A stretch of 53,120 nt of DNA from Girardia tigrina (lineage: Eukaryota): the NCBI GenBank assembly GCA_001938485.1, contig MQRK01241884.1, forward strand, positions 1 to 53,120, given 5' to 3'. A program made the position numbers and the translations under genes. This document shows, piece by piece, positions 1 to 13,505 of the stretch; the first letter of the stretch is position 1, and every line of letters starts with the position of its first letter. The notes under the pieces are model-generated. The model had not been told where the DNA came from. It saw nothing but the letters and a program-made list of their open reading frames with translations, and ran no database searches.

Positions 1-1155
1 GTTTATGAGCTTTATTACTATATACAAATTCAATTAATATCGATTCGACAATTCATGTTGTAATTAAAGATAATTACTTTGGAAAGAGTGCCCCACAACT
101 TATGACTCACCCTAATATTTAACATGGAGAAATTCGATCTATCCATAACCTGATTCAATAGTTGCTTTCGATAGAAATCGGCAATAGAAATCTGTGTTGG
201 GCCCATTGAAACAATAATTCACTCTCTTTTGAAGGATGCAAATAATCGATCGCAAGCGGCATAGTTACAATCAAAATTTTGTTTTCTTCTTTCAAATTCG
301 TTTTAACATTTTTCTTTTTTTGACATTTCAGTAATTCCGTCATTTAGAAATTCTACGTCATAGTTTTAATGGCGATAACGAAGTTATGGTGGATCTCAGT
401 GTCGTCGAGTGACACTTTCGAATCGCTCGATGAGACTCTCTTACGGCTATTTGAGTAAATCGCGGATATATTTCATTTTCTCCATATTGGATATCATCAG
501 TACGTCCTCACAACCAGACATTGACAGATAATTTATTCCGACTTGTCCGACAAATAATTTATTCTGACTGCGATTCTTCTGAGGTCGGATTTTAAATCTT
601 GCCTTTAAGGTCAAATAACTTAAAAATAATTTAGTGTCTTTTCTTTTTCTTTAAATAATTAAGGTCTCTTTGTTTGATAAAATCTTTTCCTTTTATACTC
701 TTCTTGTAAATATAATTCTTTTTATTTATTTTCTAAATAAATTCGATTATTTTCTTATGGTAAAAATTTCTTTATTTAATCTTAACTATTTACCTTTTAT
801 CTATTTTTAATTTAATTGTTTATATATAATTTATATTTACTAAAATAAAAGAGTAAATAATTCTATTTTACTCTATTTAATAAAACTAAATTTTATAAAA
901 ATAATTTTATTAAATACTATGCTCAACACAGAAATCACTTCGAGTATATTGACAAATCGAACTTCGCACGAATTATTTTGATAAACAAAAATAACGTTTT
1001 GATCTAAATTTCTTTATTTTTAACTCTCAAAACGATTAGCAGTTAGAATTAAAATTTTCAAACACACCATTACAATTGACTATCATAATAAAACAAAAAA
1101 AACGATTCAAAATTTCTAAATAGTAATAAACGAATTTTTATATTTACATTTAATA

Positions 1156-1179
1156 TAGGAATGCCTCATAAGTTTTGAC

Positions 1180-1219
<40 letters not shown>

Positions 1220-2511
1220 GTGTGTGTGTGTTAACTGCAGATATCCTTGCATCACATAAATAATTCTTATATATTTGCAATGCATAATAAAATGTTAATT
1301 AGATAAAATAGCATTTGCGATCTACTTATGTCCAATAATCTTTATTTTCTGTTCTAAATTAATTTTTGTTTTAATAAAATAATAGCATATTCGTAAATTT
1401 CGCACATTTTTATCATCCTAATGGATTTTAATCGCTTTAATATTCGTAAATTAATTTACTATTGCTGGAAAAGGGATTTAACACCCTCACAGATGACTGA
1501 CGAAATTAACACGGCCATTGGAGTTGGAACAGTCTCAAAGAGAACATGTAAAAGGTGGATTTCCATTTTTTTTGAAAGTAACTTTAACACAGACGATCAA
1601 GTCCGCGAAGGGCGGCCCTCTCTTGACATAGACGAGAAGATAATCGAGTTTCTGACTGAAGACAAGCGTGCAACATCGAGAAACATTGCAGAGGGAATTG
1701 ATCATGATAAAACCGCGGTGTGTTGGCACTTGAATGCAATTGGATACCGATACCTGGAAGATTACTCTATGCCACATACTTTGACGCAACAGAACAAGGA
1801 TAATCGCAAAAGTATTTGTCAACAGCTATTGGATAGTTATCACAGAAATGATTTCCTGTCCTAAATTATCAACTGCAATGAGATATGGGTGTACTGGGAC
1901 AATGAAGGCCCTTTCAACAATAGATCATGAAGAAAAACGGTTGAAAACCCACTTGCAGCACCGGCACGAAGACTGATAAACCGAAAGCATCTCGCCTCCG
2001 TCTTTTTGGACAGTAAAGGACTGCTCTTGTTAGATGTCTTACCTCAAAATGCTACAATCAATGCGGATATCTACTGTTCCCACCTGGATCGTCACATTAT
2101 AGCCGTTCAGCAGAGGCGCAGACGGTTGCTCCATGGAGGAAACAACAATGTTCATTATCTCCACGATAATGCTCGTCCCCATATGGCTGCTAAGACCAAG
2201 GACAAGCTGAATGTGCTTGGATTCCCCGTAATACCACATCCACCATACTCCCCCGATCTCTCGCCATCTGACTACTATATATTCTCTCCAATGAAATGTG
2301 CACTTAGAGGAAAGAATTATGCCGGTGTCAACGAAATCAACGAAGATTATCATTGTTTTGACAAGAAACCACGTGTTTTTTTCCAAAATGGGATACGCAG
2401 TCTCACAATGGCGACTACTTTTCGCATTTGCATGACGTGGACAATTGATAAAATATTTTATATTTTATTGTATTTGGTGTTTTTTTGGTCAAAACTTATG
2501 AGGCAACCCTA
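1156..2511 (+). mobile_element. mariner (DD34D) transposon, full length but inactivated
   Basis: TIRs TAGGAATGCCTCATAAGTTTTGAC and GTCAAAACTTATGAGGCAACCCTA (2 mismatches), TA on both sides (1154-1155, 2512-2513). ORFs 1421-1864 and 2006-2518 are in one frame, split by in-frame stops. Motifs: HTH (TCKRW..F), HDNARPH-x-YSPDLSPSD with D34D spacing; the first catalytic D reads N (INCNEIW). Confidence 0.95.
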
Positions 2512-3230
2512 TATTTAACATATCACATTATAATATATTAAACAAAGAGAGATAAAAATTGTCAGAGATTGTCATTCGGCCGAGGCCCTCGAGACAAGAG
2601 ACATAGAGAGAGATAGACATGAAGGAGTCCGTCGGTATAAATAATTATAATAATTTAAATATAATATTTTTTTAAAGATTGAATCCTGAACAATAGTCTA
2701 CAATCTAAACAAACAATTTTCAATCTTTTCTTATATATATATACTGAAATCGATTAGTTCAACAGTGACTAACATTTTTTTTTCATTTTGCTTTAAATTA
2801 ATTACATTGTTAATATGACATTCCGAATGAGCATTTTGTCGATTACATTTGTTTAAAATCGGTTCTCCTACGGTTTTTGTTTCATGTTTCAGAACAGTTG
2901 CTTGAGGGACAACATGTACACAAACATGTTCTAATAAAGTTGTTTTTTATGAACCCTTTTCAAGTAATGAAAATTTGTTCTAGATTTTTTATGCAAATAT
3001 TTAGTTCTGTGTCCGTCTGTAACTGAAATGTACATTGTTTATCTTGTAGGCTTTATTTTTTGAAAGTTTTCATAAGTTCGTTATTCTAAAATAATTTGAA
3101 ATCTAAGCACATTATTTATATGCCTTGGTTATGTCTAAGTATCTTGAAAGTATAGGACATAATTATGGTGATACGAAAAGCAAAAGAGAGAACAATAAAG
3201 GTAGTTATTCGAGGAATCCTTCTAGCATTA

Positions 3231-6200
3231 CACAACCAGTGCCAGCGGGGTGACTTGGGGGGATTAAGTCCCCCAAATGAAATCAAGCCTTTTTTTCAAG
3301 CCCCCCTAATTGAAAATAGCACATAGAGTATCAACCTATAGTAGTACTATACGTTCATTCAACATAGACAAACCCAGTATAAGCCTTTTGTGTTGACAAA
3401 AGGAAAGATATATTACAGTACCGTATATATATTTAATTGAAGCAATCTGATTTTAATTATGGTAACGATTTATAATGATTTATGATGATTTTATTATTTG
3501 TTTATACTTATATATTAGCGCGCAACTTGTTGATTTACTTTTTCCGAAGTAGCTTTATGAAATGGTAAGTATCTTTCATGGTAACATGTATAAACTATAC
3601 ACTGTCATTCTGACGGAATGTATATATTAGCAGTTAATCAGATTTTTAAAAATGGGTTTTCAAATACAATGCAGTTTTTTAACTACTGACTTAAATGCAT
3701 GTTACTTTATGAAAAATTTTAAACTATTGTTTTTTACGTAACGTGCACTTTTTTTAGAAAGTAAAGAATTCTTCTTTTCTAGGAAACACTTGTTCGTCTA
3801 AACGATCTGGGTGATAATGGAGCTTCCCAGCCTCACCTAAAAGGCTACCATCTGACTCAATTTTGAAATCAAAAGCGAGGCTTCAATAGCCAGTGGTACC
3901 AAAACAGACCGTGGCTTGAATAGTCACAGTCAGCTGATGCAACTTTCTGTATCCCTTGTCAAAAATATGCATCCTCCATCAACTCAAATGGAACATTTCG
4001 TGATTTAACTTTCATTACCAATGGCTTTCGCCAGTGGAAGACTGCTGCTTAAAAGGATAGGGGTTTTTATAAGCACGAAAATTCTCAGATGCTTATTCGT
4101 GCTATGACAACTTGGTTAGAGAGAAAGAAAAGAATCGAAACTGGGACATTTGTGGAGAGACAACTAATCACTCACCAACTAGAGAAGAATCGATATTACC
4201 TACATAGCGTTTTTGATTGTATCAAATTCTTGTTTGCCAATGAACTTGCTTTTCGAGGTGATGAAGAGAATCAACAGAGCTTTTCAGCTTTTTCCTTTAT
4301 CTCTTTCAGTTCATTATGGAAAGGGATGCCAAACTGAAAGAAATAACCACAACAATACCCGCAAATGCTTCCTATTTATCATCTGAAATGCAAAATTAGA
4401 TGATCTCAATTTTTGCCACCCTCGTACAAAAAGCAATTGTTTGCGAGACTAAGCAGTCATGGGAAGTGTGTCTCAATACTTTGTGATGGTACTAGAGACC
4501 GAAACAATATTGAATAAGTGGCTGTGGCACTGTGTTATGTTAAAGAAACCCCAAAGGAGCGTTTGCTTACCGCTGTCAATCTTTCATAACTGGATGCAAA
4601 TTCTATTGCTCAATCAATCTTGGATAGTTTAAGAGAGACTGAACTAATTTCTACAATACCGTCAAATGAACTAGCATCTGTAAGAATAATTTCACAGTGC
4701 TACGATGGCGCCAGTGTTATGGCAGGAAAGTATGATGGTGTACAACAAAAGTTGCAAGAGCTTCAAGGGTACAAGATCCCGTACATTCACTGTTTTAGCC
4801 ACCAGTTGTACCTTGTGATCGTCCATGTTTTATCTTCTGATAAGCAAATCTGCAATTATTTTGAAATTGCCAATGCTCTTTATAATTTTACTCAGCATTA
4901 CAAAGTTTCATCCGCTTACACAGGATACTCACTTAAAAGATTACTCTAACACCATTGGATTGGACATCTTGCGACCCCGGCAGTGATCATCAAGAATTTA
5001 GAGGAAATCAAAGAAGCTCTTCAGGAAGTCAAAAGAAGTAATGACTTCGATTCAGACCTGGTAATTAAACCTGCTGGTTTGTTTTCTCAAATTAAACGAC
5101 CAGAGTTCATTGTTACAGCACACATTATCAAAATAATATTGTATATTACTCAACTAGAAAATTTGTTTCTTCATAGCAGTCAATGTGACATTGTATCAGC
5201 TGTTAAACTCATTGAGAGTGTACAGAAATCACTTTCTGAAATTCGCAATGACGAGAAATATGAATTATTGCTTCAAGGAGTCGAAAATATTGCTGATATT
5301 CTTGACAATGAGCCAAAAGTGAAAAGGAAGCGTCTTAAAAACAGGAAGTAAATAATTCGCTTAGGACTTGTATTCTACGATAATTACATTATTTGCATTC
5401 CACCTTGCTTCAGACTTGCAGATACCATCATCATGTCTCCTATAGGATCATCGGATATGCCAGGTTCAAGTACACTTAAACAACGAGTTCTTTATTTTTC
5501 TGTAATTGATTCTGCCATTAGAGTGCTAGAAAAACGATCTTCTGAACGAGGATAACAGATAAGTACTTCTTATGTTTGTATTATAAACCTCAACTAGCAA
5601 TCACTCCAACAACATACGTATTTTGCTTTATCAATGTGATGGATAAAAAGTACATTGTTGCCGATGAGAGGTATCAAAATATTTTTAATCCGCATGAATA
5701 ATAGTGGTTGTAAATATGCATTAATGGATCTTTATCGTTTTACACTATTCTCTCAGGTAATAAAGTCGATGCGAAGTCTTATTCCTCCCATGGATCCCAG
5801 TGCAGTCAGGCCAATCTGCGAGGTAGCTGGTACAGATGTTGAAAAGGTTGTAAATGAAATGAAAGTTGCTGAAAAACTCCTTTTGGACAATGAACAACTA
5901 GATGTTATGCAACCTGATCAAAGTCTGTTGAAAGCATATACAAAGCTTCAAATTTGGCATGAGGCTTTCCCTACTTTGTCACAGACAATGGATGCTGCTC
6001 TCACGTTTGGAAGTACTAATGGTTATACCCGAAAGCAGCGATTTACAAAACAACGAATCCACAAAACAGTGAATCCCAAAACAGCGAATTCCGCAAAACA
6101 GCGAAAGAATTATTATATTAATAATATATTTTTTATTTCAAAATGAGATTTTTGTCATAAATATCTTAATTAATAATTTAGTTATAATTTAGTTGTTAAG

Positions 6201-6947
6201 CATCACCCGAATATTTATGATTTAATATCATGCACAGTAAAAGAACAAGGATTTACCGAAACATTGATGACACAAATTTATGCTGTACAAGTTATTAACA
6301 AAACAAATAAAAATTATAATTTAATAAGTCAACGTATTTCAAACTTGCAACTGCGTTTTGATAGTGGTGAAATTAGTGTCATGGAGTTTATTCGTGGAAC
6401 TTCTTTCAGTTTAAGCACATCAATTGCATTTTTACAGTGTATTTAAAGTTGGAATTTCATTAAAATAAAATTTTATTTCTATTTGACTTTTTTTCTATTT
6501 GGAAAGTAAATCGCTCGTTTGAGATTTGCTGTTTTGTAATTCACTGTTATGGGGATATGCAGTTCTAATGCAGTATGCAAAAAAGGTTTCTCTACCCTTT
6601 CGAGAATCCAGTTGCCCTACAGAATGTCAATGAAATGTGATAGACTCTCTAATCTAACGTTACTTGGCTATGAAAAACAATTTGTGGCTGGTATAACATT
6701 TGACGATTTTATAAATATGTTTTTAAAAACTTCTCGAAGATTGTGGTTGTAAATTTTTTTTAAATAAAAAGTCTTGGTCATGAAAATTTGCTTTTACTAT
6801 TGATATTTTATCTATTGGAGATATAGTCGCATCAAATGGCGAAGGATTTGTTCTCTATAAAATTGTATGTAACTTAGTTTTGAGGCCACCCCGAGGAATT
6901 TTAAAAATTACAAAGCCCCCCATGGAAAAAAGCTGGCTACGGGGCTG
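3231..6947 (+). mobile_element. hAT transposon (ZMYM1/TTF-zinc-finger type transposase), degenerate
   Basis: 8-bp TSD TAGCATTA (3223-3230) / TAGCAATA (6948-6955); decayed TIR CACAACCAGTGCCAGC vs rc CAGCCCCGTAGCCAGC. Fragments: FNSQWYQNRPWLE*S...FCIPC (TTF finger), LAFRGDEE, SQCYDGASVMAG...YIHCFSHQL, and the C-terminal dimerisation motif ALTFGS-NAVCKKGFSTL..RLSNL. Many stops and frameshifts; probable introns (e.g. 5348-5413). Confidence 0.9.
6021..6560 (+). mobile_element. non-autonomous MULE (Mutator-like) element nested in the hAT dimerisation domain
   Basis: 9-bp TSD AGTACTAAT (6012-6020) / AGTTCTAAT (6561-6569); imperfect TIR with CAAAACAGCGAA-type subrepeats; internal remnant KHHPNIYDLI..KEQ...RFDSGEISVMEFIRG resembles MULE transposase C-termini. 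Removing it restores the hAT frame TFGSTNAVCKKGFST. Confidence 0.85.
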
Positions 6948-7865
6948 TAGCAATACCGAGGGACATCACGTACATTAATTACCATTATCTATTTATAAAA
7001 CTGTACTTTAGAACTCATGTCATTTCATGTTATCATTTAATGTATTATCATTTCGATGAGATTCAATTTAACTTTATGATTAAATGTACTGAAATTTATA
7101 AATAGATTTCAATAAATTTTATATATATATATATCAAAGTTTATCATCATATGATAGAAGAAAGAAGGAAATCAAAAGACATTCAATATAATTACTAAAT
7201 TAAAACAATCGTAAATATTCTGCCATCAATCGTTTATGTAAATGAAATACATTCTCGCTCTTTTCCGACGTAATCTCTATCTACTTCTAATTGTCTTCAT
7301 CAACCAATATAACCAATATTATTTAGATTTATCTTTAAAAAAAATTTATTTACTTGTAGCTAAACTAATAGTTAACATTACTGATATCGTTTTCCAGCAT
7401 AAAATGAAGATGTTACTTCGAAGCTAAAACAATCGTACGCATCATCTTCCGATTCTTGATCTGATTAGCATTTTATAAAGTACTTATGTGTCTTTGTAAC
7501 ATCCACCTACCCTCACAACTTGGATATTTGCATAATTAAGATAGTTCTTGAAGTCGTAAATCTGGATCACAATTTTTTCGTCATCATAAAAAATATTGTA
7601 GAAATTAATTTAAATATGTTTCTCTATATATAATTGTTTTTGTTAAAAACAATTCATTCGATTCTTCTTAGGTAACTCTCACTGTTGAGATAAATATCAG
7701 TCAGAAAGTTCGAAATTTTCAAAAAAAATTAGGCTAAATAAAAATTTTCTTCTTTCTAATTGATACATTTTAAAACAGATTTTTAATATAATTTTCTATT
7801 ACATAGTAGAAGTCCGTGTTCTTCAACAATTTTCGCTTATTTCATCACATTAACCAACTATGCCA

Positions 7866-8125
7866 AGGGGGCGTCCATACATTGCGTAACTCTAGAAGAT
7901 GGGATAGGGAAAAAAATTCGATCCGAAATTTTGTTACGAAACGAAAGAGGAGGAGGGGTTGATTTTTCAGTTACGCAACACACAATCCGAATATTATATT
8001 TTGTGAACAATTTAATTGAACTATTGTGAATAAAAGTATTAACCTGTAAAATAAATTGTTTGCAAATTTTCACACCAAGTCAAATACGTACTAAGTAACA
8101 CAAGGAAAAATACAGGGACGTCCCT
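7866..8125. mobile_element. possible degenerate MITE
   Basis: Starts AGGGGGCGTCCATACATTGCGTAAC, ends GGGACGTCCCT (imperfect inverted termini), with internal GTTACG motifs. Confidence 0.35.
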
Positions 8126-10618
8126 AAATGCTTAATCTGTTTTAAATTACAAAAAATCGAAAAATTACATTTGCCAATTATTAGAGGTTCCTAGAACATT
8201 GTCGGAATTATTAGTAGCAGACATTAAAACTTTTATTATACCACAAAACATGTTTTAATCTTATATTTAAACAAATTTATTTCTTTTGAGAAACTATTTG
8301 TTTTATAAATCTTAAACCGATATAGATAAAAATACATATAAATATTCATATTTGATTTTTTTATTACTTCTATAATCACTTTTAAATTACGATAACACTT
8401 TAAAAAATTTAATTGTTTCATTTAATTTTATTACTTTTTTAAAATCGTTTCACATAAAAATTATACACTTTTTTTAACTTTTTATATTATATTAAAACTC
8501 TCAAAAAATTTTTATTAGCAATTTAATTGATCTTCTTAATTTTAGTAATTTTATTTTTTCGAATGTTACATATTTAATTATATAAAAATTTTAATTTGTA
8601 CATATTTAATATAACCTTCTTTCAAAAATTTTCCTAACATTTTTAATTCCTAACACCAATAATGACAATCTTTAAGATTTTTGAAATTTAAAAAAAAATA
8701 AACCTTTATTTATTTTGATCTACATAACTTTAACAAAATTACAAATAGGAAATAATTCAAAAAATTTAGAGATTTTATAATAATATTTTAAATGAGTTAT
8801 GAATTCATAAATGATATCATAAATGACATGCAGTCACAGTACCAGTCAAACTCTTGCCAAGTCAAAATGATGCTCATGCAAAACATGTTGACGGATAGTT
8901 TTGTACCACTTATTAAAGCAATTCAGTTAAGCATAATGTAGATAAAATTGGCCAAGATCTCAGTAGATATTGGAGTTTCACGCAAAACAAAAGCGTCGAC
9001 TGTAATATTTTATTTTATATACATAAAAGTCAAGTGTACGATAGATCAAATCAACGCCTTGGCTCTCGTGTTGAACGCAGTGTTTGAATCATATATTTTA
9101 GTTACTATTATTATAATTAAATGATTAGAGATGAAATGAGTGTAAAAATTGGTTAAAATAATAAATGTTATTATCATCAGATTTAAATTTTTGTATAATG
9201 AAATCGGAAACCGATAGTTGTAATGAAAATAAATGTTTTACAAATGAATTTCTCTGATGAGTTTAAACAATAATAAATTTATGCAATTTGTTTTCTTTAT
9301 ATTAAGAATTATTTTTACTGACGCTTTTTGGTAATAATTTTTTCTCATTAATTATTTTTGAAAGTTTATTAATTATGAAATAGATATTGACGTAATTTGT
9401 TTCTATTAATAGAAATTGTACCAAATCTAGAACAGTAATTAACCGTTCTTTTTGTTTTAATTATACTTATGAAAATACAAAATCACAAACTGATTTATAT
9501 ATGTACTTGTTCTCGGTTACTAGCAAATTTAAATTTACAAAAATTTAAGTGTTAAAATATAAAAAAATATTCAATCGAATTGAAAACATTTGAAAAAAAA
9601 ATGTTATTAATAACTAACCTGAATTAAACTTAAACTAAATAAATAATTTTGTGAATAATCTCACTGAACTTATTTGTGTAATATAATATATTTTAAAATA
9701 TGTGCTTCATTCGATTTAAATCTTGATAGATAAAATTTAACATTGTTAATTAAAACCAAGTTTGTTAATGTTAAATTAAGGTTTTTTGGTACCAATGTTT
9801 TTCATATAAAATTAATATATTCATAACATTGTATGAAAAATTTAAATGTTACATTTTCACATGCAATGGTTCCCATCTTTTTATTCTTCTTAAGAATACA
9901 CTCATAATACAATTCATTAAAAATAATTGTGAAACAAATTAAATAAAATTGGCAATTTATCAAATAAAAAAATTATGAAGCTAATTAAAGTTTATAAATT
10001 TAAGTTTTTTCAATATTAAGTAATATGGCAGGACATGGAAGACATAAATTCAAACACTTTAAAATTATATACCCTGAATTTAAGAATTATTGGGAAAGTG
10101 GCATTTAAATGGTAATATAAAAAATATTCGGATCCTAAAAGTAACGTTCAAACTGCATTCCCTGCAACTTTTTTAAATTACCGATGACATATCGATTACA
10201 TAAACACTAGTGGCACTATATGTCGTTTGAAAAAATCATTTGTTCTGACGATTACGGTTCAACCGCCGAAATTAATTAACTTTGATTGGCTTCAAAATTG
10301 TCCATAAAATAATCATTTCTTTAAGATTTCATTTGAACGTGACCGTTAATCAATCAATTGAGACAATGCAAAACAGATGCAACGGACTATGAAACATGCA
10401 ACCGGCAATAAGACATTAACAATAACTATTTCAACATAAATATTCAATATTTATATCGAACTATAATGAAATTAGACTTTTGAAAATCTATAAACAACTT
10501 TCTATATCGATTTTCACTCATCAACAAATCAAATGTGTTTCTAAAAATAGACTGCTTTAGTTGAAACAAAATATTACGATTTATCTGAAGAATTAACGAT
10601 CAAAGCGTTACAAAATAA

Positions 10619-11060
10619 ATGTGTTCCAAACAAAATCGTCCACAACAATTAAAACTTGATTCAAATTGTGGAAGTGAATCCAGTTCATTGATCGATTCCG
10701 ATGAGGATTATCAAGAAAAATCTAACGGGACGATCAAAATATTGTCGGATCTGACGTTAATTTCGAGTGTGGAGTTAATGAATTTTATCGATAATAAAAA
10801 AGAAACGAATTTGATTATCGATATTCGGAATAATCGGTTTTATCAAATGCAACACATAAAATACGCGATTAATTTCAATTGTTCGACGAGACTGATGTCA
10901 AGAAGATCGAAAATCAAATGGGCGCGGTTCCATTCGAATAAAGTGTTCGATTCCATTGTGATTTATGATGAAAAAGAACTGATTCCCGATCAGGATGTGT
11001 TTCCGATGAAATTTATCAATCAAATTCAATTTAATTGTCCTTGTGTCCAAATTTTGGCAG
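10619..11060 (+). CDS. MAP kinase phosphatase (DUSP10/MKP5/puckered-like), coding exon 1: rhodanese/Cdc25-homology kinase-binding domain
   Basis: ATG at 10619; LIIDIR...YQMQHIKYAINFNC, basic KIM-like LMSRRSK, IVIYDE, ends QILAG|gtatta (phase-1 donor at 11061). Joins in frame to exon 2 giving ILAGGFEEF, the typical end of MKP rhodanese domains. Confidence 0.9.
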
Positions 11061-11495
11061 GTATTATTTTTTGAATTTAATTTTCAAATTTTTGAAAATT
11101 TAAAATTAATAAGCCAATCAAAATTGATTTCTTTTTGTTTAATTTCGAATGTCAGACTTTTATTATCTGAAGTTAATGATTATGTAATCGACGTATTATA
11201 CTTTAGTTGTAGTGAATAATTATTGTTTTAATGAGGAGTTAGTTAAAATTTTCAATTCTCCAAACAATTGATCAGAATTTTTAATTTAAAATTTAACAAA
11301 AGATTAAATAATTATGTTGAACAAAAATATACATCAAGTTTAAAAATTTAAAAATTATTTTAAAAACTGTACAATAATTAAAATAAACAAAAATCATAAA
11401 CAAAGTTTAAAAAAAATTTATAATTAATTCTAATCGATATTTTTTTCAAAAGAAAATATTTAGTAAAAAAAATTTAAATCAAAAATTAAAGGTTT

Positions 11496-11631
11496 CGATT
11501 TCATTCGAACAAAGTGTTTGATTCAATTGTGATTTATGATGAATAAAAACTGATTCCGGATCAAGATATGTTTCTGATGAAATTCATCACTCAAGTCCAA
11601 TCCAACTGTCCCAATATTCAGATATTAGCCG
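11496..11631 (+). pseudogene. tandem duplicate of the 3' 136 nt of DUSP exon 1, with an in-frame TAA
   Basis: Ungapped alignment to 10925-11060: RFHSNKVFDSIVIYDE*KLIPDQDMFLMKFITQVQSNCPNIQILAG, followed by GT. Downstream intron sequence ~11138-11460 is also repeated at ~12125-12480. Confidence 0.9.
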
Positions 11632-11644
11632 GTGTTATTTGTAC

Positions 11645-12106
11645 TGTTAAGAGAACTCACATTTGACAGAACATTTATTACATTCACATTTCTTATCATC
11701 TTTATGATGATCAATAGTATTGCTTTCACTTAGATCCATCAATCAATTTTCAATATCTCCCATTATAATCTGAACTATACTTAAGAAGACCACTTTTTTT
11801 AAAAATATTTGATTTAAATTTTATTGGCTGAAATAAAATATTTTTATAGTCATTTTTAAACATTAAATTGATTTTAATTATTTAAAAATTTACAAAAATA
11901 AAATCATTAAAATTATTTAAAAGTTGTAATAAGGAAAATTAAAAATTTGAATATTAAATCTAAATTTAAATAAATTAGTTTCAGATTATAAGAAATTAAA
12001 TATCGATAATCCATCTGGTTAGGAGAAGCACAATCCCAAATCAACATACAACATTTAAACATGCAAAAACTACACAAAAACATCCACACACCAAATATTC
12101 CTCACA
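11645..12106 (+). mobile_element. solo-LTR-like element, family copy A (462 bp)
   Basis: TGTTAAGAGAACTCACA...AAATATTCCTCACA, perfect 5-bp TSD TGTAC (11640-11644, 12107-12111); internal CCATCTGGTTAGGAGA and AAATCAACATACAACATT motifs are shared with other copies. Confidence 0.8.
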
Positions 12107-12736
12107 TGTACTATTTTTCAAATTTTAATTTCGAAAGTCTAAACTATCATTATATGAAGTTATATGAAACAATAGAGATAATTGATGATTATGCAATCAA
12201 TGCGGCATAATTAAGTAGTAGAAAATTATTATTGTTACAATTTTCAATTCACCAAATAATTGATAAAATTTTTAATAGAAAATTTTAACAAAATAAATAA
12301 TTACTTAAAACATGAAAATTACATACCGGTTATATGATTAAAAAAAAATTATTTTTTAAAACCAACAAAAATTCAATAATCATGTAAAACAAAAAAGTGC
12401 ATTAAGGTTAAAATAAGCAAAAATGTATGTTAAAAGGTTTTGATTAATTAAAACTGATTTATTTTTGAAAAGAAAGTATTTATTAAGTCAATTCTTGTAG
12501 TTAATTTTTACAAAAGTAGAAATTTAATTTAAAAAAATTTAAATGGATTTAGATAAAATGATTTAATCGGATTAACGAGTAGAAATTTTTTTAAATTTGT
12601 GTGAAATCATGAGTTCCAATCTTAAATCAAACATTATTGAGGATAATGTTAATGCAACTTACAGTTTTAATTTAGGAGAGTAAATTAATTATTAAATTAT
12701 TAAACATGAAATTATTAAACAATCTTTTATTTTTTT

Positions 12737-13505
12737 ACTACGTTTTTCTTAGCTTGGTTTCTTTTCTGTCTGTCTGTCTGTCTGAAACAAATTTTGCGAT
12801 TGATTTTTCGACCATTTTCAGTCATTTAATTGAGCTGAATTTTTTTATACAGGCTTGCTTCCGATGACAATACAATATTTTAAAACATTTACTTTACGGA
12901 TGTACGGAAAAAATTAATAAATAGAACAAATATTGTGAAAATCAAGTGATAATTAAGTGTAGAAGTATTAAAATTAGGTTTAAAAATTATTTTGAAATAA
13001 AACTTGCTTTTATTAAAATAAAACTTTGTTATTTTGGTTTTANNNNNNNNNNNNNNNNNNNNNNNNNNNNNNNNNNNNNNNNNNNNNNNNNNTTATTTTG
13101 GTTTTATTATCATTTCTGTTATTCGAAATCAATCGAAAGATTTGAATTCCTAAATGATAACTAAAAATAGTTAAATAATATTATTAATAAAAAAAAATTT
13201 ATAAAAACAACTACGTTTTTCAAGCATTACCAATGCACTAAAAAGAGAAAAATAATTTTTTTCTAGACATGTGCGAAATTTTATACCTAACCAAAAACGT
13301 GGGGCATAGAAATGATCGATTGTTACTAAAANNNNNNNNNNNNNNNNNNNNNNNNNNNNNNNNNNNNNNNNNNNNNNNNNNAGTTACTAATAGCAGTAAT
13401 TCAGAAATCCGCCCCACGTTTTTGGTTAGGTATAAAATTTCGCATATGTCTAGAAAAAAAATTATTTTCCTCTTTTTAGTGCATTGGTAATGCTTGAAAA
13501 CTTGA
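12737..13505. mobile_element. Helentron/DINE-like non-autonomous element candidate ending in a ~90-bp inverted repeat
   Basis: ACTACGTTTTT at 12737 and 13210; (CTGT)n microsatellite ~12765-12784 followed by TTGAGCTGAA; inverted arms 13217-13305 / 13411-13500. Two 50-N gaps inside. Confidence 0.4.

Noticed and set aside
1-620. Possible decayed coding sequence on the minus strand
   Set aside because: Stops in all frames and no recognisable motif.
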